DNA from: Camelus dromedarius | Taxonomy: Eukaryota | Assembly: GCF_036321535.1 (NCBI RefSeq) | Contig: NC_087436.1 | Coordinates: 65,536,001-65,600,000 of the forward strand | DNA: 64,000 bases | Reading direction: 5' to 3' | Shown: in pieces, positions 55,050 through 64,000 of the stretch | Layout: every line of letters begins with the position of its first letter | Position numbering within the stretch: position 1 is the first letter of the stretch | Notes under the pieces: generated by a model | Told to the model about the DNA's origin: nothing | The model's input: only the letters and a program-made list of their open reading frames with translations | The model's database searches: none | Position numbers and translations under genes: made by a program

Positions 55050-56240
55050 GATATTAATTGCTTTTCATTGTCGTTCATTCATCAAGTTTTCTTGTGAGCC
55101 TATTGGTACATAAATATGTCAATTACAAATGAGTGCAATAAAGTAAGGTAAGGATATAGAGAATACCTGAAGGGAATGGGTTTACTTTTTTTTTTTTTTT
55201 TTTAACTTTAGTCAGGGATGACTGACCAATAAGGAGAAATTTTATTTGAAATTTGAAAGAAATGAGCAAATGATGCAAGAATTGGGAGAAAGGGAGATTT
55301 AAGAAAAGAACAAATGTGAAGGTCTTGAGAGAGGATAAAATATTCTGGAGGCTTTCAAGGAATATCAAACTGGCTGGTTTGTCTAGAAAAAAGTAAAAAA
55401 GTGACAGAGTTCATGGAAGTAATATTAGAGAAAGCAATGGGCTAGATCATACAGGTCCTACTAGGGCATGAAAAAGAGTCTGGATTTAGTCTGACCAGGA
55501 TGAGAGAACACTGGAGGTACTGACGTCAAGGAGTGACGTATTTTAAATGGGTAAGGCTATCTTCTGTGTTGGGGAATGACTGAGGTGTGGAGGTGCAAAG
55601 GGGGAAGACAGAAGATCTGTGAGAAGAATAGTAATTCAGGTGACAGAATTTAATGACTTGAACCTGGTAGAGCTAGTTCAGATTCAAGATATAATTTAAA
55701 GATACACCCCACAGGAATTACTGATGAATAATGGCATGAGGGTGGTGAAAGAAATAGAAGAGTTGAGGGTAAGTCCAGTGACTTTTTCCAATGAAAAACT
55801 AGAGGGAAGGACTTAATGTTTAGTTATTTGAGAAAGAGTGTGGGAGAAGCAGTTTTGGTAGTAAAAAATGAATAAATAATGACTAGACATAAATATATTA
55901 AACTTGGGAGGTCCATTCACATTCCAGTAGACATGGCAGTGAAATACATAAGTCAAGATTTCAGAGGTCTGGATCAGAGTTATGGCAGCTGTCAGCATAC
56001 AGCTGCATGTAAAGCCGTGAAAAGGAATGAAATCATCTAGGAAGTGAGTATAAATTGAGAAGGAAAAATGGTCCTAGGACTGGTACTTCAATGTCTACAC
56101 TTCAGTGACAGAGATGAAGAGCAATTCTTAAAGTAGGAGAAAAACCAAGAGGTTTACCATGCTGTAAATCAAGTGCAAAAACTGTACCAAAAAGAAAAGT
56201 ATCAAATTAGCCAAATGATAAGATCACATAAGAAAACAAC
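55050..56240 (-). mobile_element. L2 3' portion
   Basis: Starts with antisense L2 tail 'ttcattcatcaagttttcttgtgagcctat'; 'ggctagatcatacaggtcc', 'aaatcatctaggaagtgagtata'. Confidence 0.8.
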
Positions 56241-57748
56241 TTTGATTAGTCAGATTAAGTGACTGATACTGTTTGCGACACTCTTTTCTTGCTTTTCCTT
56301 TCTCTTTTTCAATAATTAAGATATATTTAGAAAGGAATACTTAATTTTTAGGGCATTTCCAAATGAAGAGAAAGATGTTTTAAAATATGTCTGGGTAAGC
56401 CTTATGATGTATTATTTACATTCTGTATTTGCAATAGTCTCTGGGAGAATTTTCAGGCAAAGTATGTCCAAAGGAAATGTACTTTTGCAATGTAAGTGCA
56501 TATTGAAATTTTCTGCTAAATGTAATATCCACCTTAGAAATTAAGGTTAATAGCCCATCATTTTCTGTTAAAATTTTTTAAAAATCTCTTAAAAGCAGAG
56601 AAATAATAAAATTCAAGTGTTCTAAACCATGTATGACTGTGTTAGAAAAAAATGAGTCATTTTAATTCATATTGTGCTTTGAAAAGGCAGATTTTAAAAT
56701 ATTTTATATACAGAATATTTAGGAGAGATTTATTAGGCTTTTCTGTTAGAACCAGAACTATGCTACTTTTCAAGTCTGGGTTCAAAGTCATAAGACACTG
56801 GTTTCAACAAATTGAATAAATATTACAACATCCACTTTCATTTTTATTTCTATGATATATGACTTTGTGTTAACTATGATATTTACATTTCCTCAGTAAC
56901 TCCTTTATTTCTTTAGAGGAATATATTTTATTCCTTTATTACATTCCTTTGGTAGCATTAGAAGCTAGAGGCTTCAGGGAAGACATTACTTATAAATACT
57001 GTAGTGACATGAATCGTAATATTTTAAATACTCATCTAAGATTAGAAAAATCTTTATTTAAGGGCAGATGTATATGAGTTATTGGACTTAAAATCTGTAA
57101 TATCTGAAATTTTCTGTTTCTCATGCCACTTTCATTGTTATTGTCCTTAAAAAGAATGAAAACAATCAAATCACAAAAAAACCCTCTGATCTTTTAAATC
57201 TATTCATTCATGTTTTTATAATTTTCTTAGCATATTTCCCTAAATATAGATATATTTTTAAGTTTTGTATTTATATTACAATCTCACATAAATAAATGTT
57301 TTATTAGAAATTAGTATTTAAATTTAATTACATTGGGTCTCAGGATGTCTCAGAATGTTAAATAAGAAAATTTAGTTCTCATTCTGGAAAATATACCACA
57401 AGGCTCTTCTGAGTATCTGGGAAACAGTTTCCGTTTAGAACAATATTTAATATGCACAATACACACAGAAGACCTAGATATTTCCCTTTTGCCATCTTTA
57501 ATGGTCTAGGATCATTGTGGAGAAGGTTTAGATCACTCACTATATAAATTAAGACCATATTGAAGGGTTCTTCATTGAGACCCAGCTTTCCCTTCATTCA
57601 GAAGATGGTTCTAGAACTGGGGAAGAGTCTTGCATCTTTATGATAGTAACTCAAGTTAGATTTCTGTCCACTTGGCCTAAATCTCTATATTTATGTGTTA
57701 AAGAGATCTTCAATACATGAACAATTTTTCACGTGTTTTAATTCTTAG

Positions 57749-57881
57749 AGGGAAGGGTATAGCTCAGTTGGTAGACTGCATGCTTAGCATGCATGAGGTC
57801 CTGGGTATCAATCCCCAGTACCTCCATTAAGTAAGTAAGTAAATAAACCTCATTCCCTCCCCCTTCAAAAAATGTATGCAA
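57749..57881 (+). mobile_element. tRNA-derived SINE, Vic-1-like (camelid), full length
   Basis: Pol III A-box 'tagctcagttgg', B-box-like 'gggtatcaatccc', (TAAG/TAAA)n, C-rich end; exact 15-bp TSD 'tgttttaattcttag' at 57734-57748 and 57882-57896. Confidence 0.92.
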
Positions 57882-57995
57882 TGTTTTAATTCTTAGGGAC
57901 CCTGAAATCAATTCAAACCACTTTAATAGCATTGCATCCCTAGCTTATTGTGACTGTATTCTCATTTTCTGTGTAGCACCACCAATTCAATATCT

Positions 57996-58508
57996 TTTTT
58001 TTTCAATTTTTTAAAATTGAATTATAGTCAGTTTACAATGTTGTGTCAACTTCTGGTGTACAGAACAATTTTTCAGTCATACATGAATATACATATATTC
58101 ATTTTCATATTCTTTTTCACCATGAGCTACTATAAGATCTTGATATATTTCCCTGTGCTATACAGTATAAACTTGTTTATCTATTCTATATATACCTGTC
58201 AGTATCTAAAATCTCGAACTCCCAGTCTATCCCTTCCCATCCTCCTCCCCGCTGGCAACCACAAGTTTGTATTCGATGTCTATGAGTCTGTTTCTGTTTT
58301 ATATTTAAGTTTATTTGTAATGTCCATCGACAGATGACTGGGTAAAGAAGTTGTGGTATATTTATACAATGGAATACAATTCAGCCATAAAAATGGCAAC
58401 ATAATGCCATTTGCAGCAACATGGATGTCCCTGGAGAATGTCATTCTAAGTGAAGTAAGCCAGAAAGAGAAAGAAAAATACCATATAATATCACTCATAT
58501 ATGCAATC
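57996..58508 (-). mobile_element. Relatively young L1 insertion with 5' inversion (minus 57996-58318; inverted plus 58319-58508)
   Basis: T-run plus antisense 3' UTR, then sense ORF2-end sequence ('MPFAATWMSLENVILSEVSQKEKEKYH'); TSD core 'tcaatatct' at 57987-57995 and 58507-58515. Confidence 0.9.
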
Positions 58509-59014
58509 AATATCTCCTTTTATATTCACCCTCATCCCCATCCTACAGGTATTCAAACACAAGGTTCCCTTCTCACCAAGGCAGTTTTAATGCCCTGGAG
58601 GTAATGTCCTACCACTCTTCTGAGGATTATGATTCACATATAGCTGAGTAGGCTGCACATAACAGAACTACTTCAACAGTTTCATTTTCTCTTATTCATA
58701 CCCTTTTACACACCAACAAAGTTCTGGCATTGTAACATATGTATCACACAAAATGGTGATAGATAGTCTCCATTTAGCCAAATAAGCAGACAATAAACAT
58801 CACTCCTGTGGGAACAGTGAAAATCACTGAATTTTTAAAAACCCTGTTCATAGCTTGTGAAAGAGAAAGTGATAGTTCCTACTTGGTTCCTGAGACCTTG
58901 TCCAGGAGGATAGATCATAACAGAAATTCTTTAACATCTGTCCTCAGAGTTCCAGTGACTGTACTGCTAAGTCCTGCTTCTGACAAGGGCTGTTTCCTAT
59001 ACTTTGAAGTAACT

Positions 59015-59340
59015 ATTTAGTTGCCTCTTCTAACTTCTAGAGGTTGCCCAAATTCCTCGATTCATGATCTCTTCCTTCATCTTCAAAGTATATCATTCCA
59101 ACCTCTGGTTACGTAGTTGCATCTTTTTCTGACTTTGACTCTATGGACTCCTTCTTAACAGGCACCTTTGTGATTACATTGTGTCTACCTAGATAATCCA
59201 GGATAATCTCCCCATCTCAAGATCCTTGATGTATCACATCTTCAAATTCCTTTCTGCCATATAAGGTAACATATACATTGTTACCTTATCAATGTTTAAA
59301 GGTGTGAACATTTCTGATGGGTCATCACCTAGCCTACCAG
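59015..59340 (-). mobile_element. MLT1C-like LTR, partial
   Basis: 'tttgtgattacattg...agataatccaggataatctccccatctcaagatcctt...tgccatataaggtaacata'. Confidence 0.85.
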
Positions 59341-59349
59341 TCATCCTTT

Positions 59350-59622
59350 GTAGTCATGTTAGACCTTAAATATGTTCCTGATTGTCCTTGGCCCAAAGAT
59401 AGCTTAAAGTTGGAAGACATAACCCTAAAAGTTCTTGAATGATCAGGCTATGGCCTTACCAAAAGTGTCCTAGGAGGGGAAGGGAGAGACTTAGCAAGAT
59501 TGAGGCCCACTGCAATTGCATACTTCCAGGAAGGAATCAATCCTTTTACTAGCCACTGTAATATTTCTGTTTTGCTGATCAAAAAGAATGGTTGAGGCTA
59601 CTATTTTGAATAATATATGAGA
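59350..59622 (+). pseudogene. Class I (ERV1/gamma-like) endogenous retrovirus pol remnant, RT N-terminus
   Basis: Hand translation: 'KYVPDCPWPKD', 'ALPKVS*', 'LRPTAIAYFQEGINPFTSHCNISVLLIKKNG*GYYFE*YMR', colinear with class I RT 'LKP...QGLI.PCTSPCNTPILPVKKPNG.GYRFVQDLR'. Confidence 0.7.
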
Positions 59623-60114
59623 TGTGAAAGTACTTCACAAGTTTAGACACTGAAATGACTCAGAGGAATCACAGAACACATTCTTATAAAGCTTTTATTT
59701 AAAGGCAATATATATAGTGCAGCAACGAGACAGTACAGGTAATACTGGGGGAGTCTGAGAGACTTTCAGAAGTAAGCTCTGCAGAGGCTTTATGTGCACA
59801 TGCATATGTTTTGTCTCCAATGTGAATCCCTACCTGTGTTTTGAATCTTAACTCTGGGAGAGCTCAAGGCAGATGTTTCCAGACAGATTTTTGGTTATGT
59901 AGTCTAGTCAGGTTGTCTAATCTGTTATGCCTTTTGAAAACCATCAGTGAACAAATTGACCCTGGGGCAGCCAAGTGAATTTTGCACTTTAAATAGCATG
60001 TCATAAATAAATTCTACTCTTTATCTTGGCTAAGAGTCAAAACCATTCATACTGGCATTCCCAAAGATAAGGATGGAGTTTACCAGTTCAGCTGTAAATT
60101 AACACTCTCATACA
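59623..60114 (-). mobile_element. 3' LTR of an ERVL-class provirus (possibly LTR40-like)
   Basis: TG...CA-bounded ~490-bp block; on the minus strand it is directly preceded by 'caggggttgactt' (60115-60127), like the ERVL/MaLR polypurine tract 'aggggtggac'. Confidence 0.6.
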
Positions 60115-63100
60115 AAGTCAACCCCTGACACCTGAATAAGTCTTCTTAATTATTAATTGCTATAATTATCTTCCCATGCATTTTTTGCAATATTTATAGA
60201 ACAAAAAAGCAAAAGGACAACTGTTTTTGCATCATCAAATGAGGTGTAGGTAAATCAGTTAAATTATTCTAATTATAATCAGTATCACACTAAATAGCAA
60301 TTGCATTGCTCGCTAATCTAAAATTATTACAAAAGAAGTCATTTAGAATTATAATAGGATTTTTAGGGTTTCCTAACAAAAGCAATCCTACCATGTATTA
60401 TCAAATTTTGTTATAGATTGTGATATGTCAGGAGTCAAATTGTTACTTCTGGATTCCAAGTATCTTATGGGGCATAGCCATATGACCTATTTCAAACTAC
60501 AAGATTATACTGACTAGGTTTCATGATGAACCTTATATTTAAGTAATCCCTCAACCATCCCCTAGTTCCATTTCCCAAAACATACACAAGTAAATTATTG
60601 GTTACACTGAATAGGTTTCAACTACTCTATTAGGTATGTCTGGTGTTTGTTTATACAGGGGGTCTTGGCAGCTGGGGAGCACCTATGCAAATTACATTCT
60701 CCATTTAGGAATTCCCATAGACTAAGTGGATCTTAAACCTTCTATAAAGTTCATTGCTTTTACTTCCATTGCCAAGATCCAGACCATTGTCCTCGACTTA
60801 CCTCTGTTTTCATCTCAAGGTGCATTCTTAACAGACCCTCTTAGTTCAGTGTCCATGTTCTTTTCCATCGTTACTCCTATCATGCTTTTCATCCTTTAAG
60901 GTTACTTTATCCATTTTTCAAAGAAGCGTAATCTGTCTAGGCTATCTGCATCCTTTCCCTTTCTCCTGAAATAAATCCCCATTTTAAGCGGCCAATAAAG
61001 GCCAGTTAGACTTTTTCCTCAGTGTGTCTCTCTTTAGTGAAGGCAATTTTGGCTTGCCCAAGGACTCCTAGACCTGTGACAGTTTCTCCCAGAGCCCTTT
61101 TAGGTTGGCTATTTCGGTAAATGTTAGTTTATTTACCAAATATGTTATTGCTTTAGAATGTATGGTTAATAATTACAAATTGACCACATATTTTGGATTC
61201 AAAATGTTGAATTTCCCAGGGCAATTATCATATGGGCTGAAGTTATCAAAATATAATTTAGTTTGAGTATGTCAAAAGGTTTCTCACAGGCATCCTTGGC
61301 AGCCATGGGAGCTATGAGAAACAAGAATGTGTGTCACCAAATTACCCCTAAACTAATATTGGTTTCTGTTTTGCACATATTCTTTACCTTAGCAATTTCC
61401 CTCTATCTATAAAAAAAAATGCTCTATTGTAGTAAGACACATAATGTTGATAAGTCAGGAATTGAACAGGTGTTTTGACACAATGGGTATCTTGAGTCTC
61501 AAGATAATATTTATCCCTTTGTAACAGAAGCAGTTGCAACTAAATCCCAATAACAAGCTAGCAATTGCTTTTAAATAGTGTATAAGAAGTTACAAGAACT
61601 TCTTAAAGTTATATACTATTTTTAAAGTTAAAACTGCAGCAGTAAATTTGTCCAAAATCCCAATGATCCCTCCTGGGTGGTAGTTACAGGCTTTCGTCTG
61701 ATATCTGATCATTGCAGCCATAAGTTTCAGGCACTTCCAAGATCATTTGAGCGTGGGGTCTGCACATGTTGGATTGCACCATGTTATTTTAAGCCCCAAG
61801 AAAGCTTGCTCTTGGAAAATAAAGTAAGATTTAACTTTTTCTGGTAACTTGGAATAGCTACTAATAAAGTCCTAAGTGTGTCATAAGGTATCTTTAGAAA
61901 CTAAACAACCCCAAAATCTGCATTCCTCTTGATTGATTTTGGAACAGAGATAATAAATTATTTTTGATTGTCTGAGCAATGTCTCCATTGCTCTCTATTT
62001 AAGTGATACCAAGAAATTTTACACTGTTCTGAGCTCTGTATTTTATTTGGGTTAATTATCCATCCTCTGCTGGGTATATGATTAATAAGTATTCTTAATT
62101 ATTTCTTGGCTTAGTCTTCAGATTGAGACATCAACATTGTATAATTAATACAATGAATAACAGTACTTTCTGACTAAATCCAATATATAGCTCTTCTCAC
62201 CATGTTGTGGCAATCAGCAAGAGAAATTAGATATTCTTGTGGTTAAACAGTGAATGCATATTAGAGCCAATCCAGATGAATGTAAATCAGTTTTAACTTT
62301 GTTTTAAATAGGAAAAGAAGGTAAGAGCCAAACCAAGCAAGCTACGTCTTTTAGTTTGTGGCATATTTTGAATTGTTGATACCATATCGGTACAGCTGAT
62401 GCTTTTGAAGTCACCACTTTATGCTATCCTCTATGACATAGTTATCTTTCAAAATTCATCAGCTTTTTAGGGGCCATGCTGGACTATTAAACAAGGAGTT
62501 CTGTGATACTAATATATTTGCATCTAATAGTTCCTTTATTAAACCAGAATATTTATAGCCCCAGGTATCTTAGATTGTTTTAAATGAAGCACCTGAGTAC
62601 ATTTAGATTATTAGAAGTGTTCCCATGTAGAGTGTCCAATCAGAACAATCTGAAAAGCAGAATTGCCCCTATCATTCCTTTTTCCTATATATTGGATAAG
62701 GAAGAACTCCTCCATTTAGATATCACATTATAAATAAAACATTCTGGCAATGTTGAACCAATACTATACTCTAACTTTTCATTAGCAAGTTTATAAAGGA
62801 CAGTACACTAACACCAGTTTCCAGCAACTGTAATACATTTTTTTTTCATCAGCCCCAGGCCATTGTACCCATCTCAATGTAAATGACCTTGGATCCCCTA
62901 CTAAGGATTGTGCCAAGACCCTGGCCCTCTTGCCTTCAGAATCTTGATTCCCTCCCATTTTAACTGGCATTGACTCTGAAAGAATGGTAGACTCAGTTTT
63001 CTATAATCATCAGATTTTTAAAAACGAATCAAAGCCAAGATAAAGTAAGTGAATTTTTCATGGTCCTTTAACAAACTGAGTAGTTGGCTGGGCTTGATGA

Positions 63101-64000
63101 TTTAGTCTCTAATAGTCATCCATTAAAAGTTTAGTAGCCACTCCATCTATTTCTTCCCTTTTTTTTTAATGTCATTTTCAACTCCTGAGTAATAGTTTAA
63201 TTATCTCAGGGTTTTTCACACTTTTCCTTTCTCATTGCTCCCTTTCCTTTGCATAATCCTGAAAAAGTTCCCATTACTTAGCTCCATTTGGGGGCTTAAA
63301 ATCCCTAACAGCTTCCCACACATCATCTTTTCTCCTCAACAATAAAATCAATATGGGGCACAAATAATTAGAGTCCCTTTTATCAGTCCCTCCCCCCTTT
63401 TGGTGAGGGGAACAGAAATAGTGAAAATCTTAATATCATACAGAAAGTACACGTCATAGTGTTGTAGCTCTAGCTAGCTGCTGCTCTGTTACCATCACTT
63501 TCACTAGAACACATTAAAAAAATACAGCACATTCTTGTCTGAGTTCCCGTTCTTAAAAATTTGTTTTGTGATACATTTAACTATTCACCCTGCCTGGATA
63601 TGAACTTAATGTCTCATTTACAGTTTTCCTCTTGTCGATGGATGTAGTGTGTGCACAGCCTAAACCCAGCAATGGCCAGAAAGTCAACCTGGAAACAATG
63701 ATCCCTCCCCCTTGACTTTATTTCTCCCAAACCTTGTCTTATCCATCATTATTTAAATTATTTTGGCAGGGATGGCTTCAAATATCCCACTTTCATTGCC
63801 AACTGCAAAGATTCCATAAATTTTGATCTTTAAAAATGTCTCAAAAGTTGTACACAACATCTTCACATAAGGCTTATTTTAAAAGCAACAAAAAGAATAC
63901 AGGAAAGCAATGGGATTCAAAAGACAAGCAGGTGCAAGCTCTCAGAATCCTTATTCACACACAGATGTTCTTTGTCCCCAAATTGAACCACCAATAATTG
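60115..64000 (-). mobile_element. Class III (ERVL/ERV3-like) internal region with decayed pro-pol; probably continues beyond the window
   Basis: Minus-strand motifs: protease 'GDPRSFTLRWVQWPG...LLETG' (62811-62898); RT 'LIKELLDANILVSQNSLFNSPAWPL' (~62468-62542), 'KVVTSKASAVP', 'HCINYTML' (=HYIDDIML, core 62141-62155), 'RGWIINPNKIQ' (62036-62068), 'VKFLGI'; RNase H 'SLGFW' and 'KQLLACYWDLV' (61538-61570). Confidence 0.88.

Noticed and set aside
57749..57830. tRNA gene
   Set aside because: The tRNA-like head is followed by a SINE tail and flanked by TSDs, so it is a SINE
1..64000. Remaining short ORFs in the track; prokaryote-style systems (operons, CRISPR, defence islands)
   Set aside because: The DNA is mammalian and repeat-rich; the ORFs are chance-length and composition-biased, or derive from L1/LTR sequence

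Overview
AT-rich, CpG-poor mammalian genomic DNA (intergenic or deep intronic). I could not support any protein-coding exon, RNA gene or CpG island. Two copies of a tRNA-derived SINE of the camelid Vic-1 type, plus cetartiodactyl-type L1 3' ends, point to a camelid (alpaca/llama/camel); this is an inference. The window is mostly a layered transposon record: ancient L2/MIR, hAT and Tigger DNA transposons, MaLR/ERVL/ERV1 solo LTRs, old L1M fragments and younger L1s. The most informative part is 57.7-64 kb. It holds a SINE with an exact 15-bp TSD, a 5'-inverted (twin-primed) L1, and a decayed class I (ERV1-like) pol fragment on +. That fragment stops at the RT 'QDLR' position, where a class III (ERVL-like) provirus on - begins; its protease, RT and RNase H motifs are still readable across frameshifts, although the ORF track misses them. 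I found no evidence for a new biological system. Repeat subfamily names come from recalled consensus similarity and need RepeatMasker/Dfam confirmation. Most boundaries are approximate.
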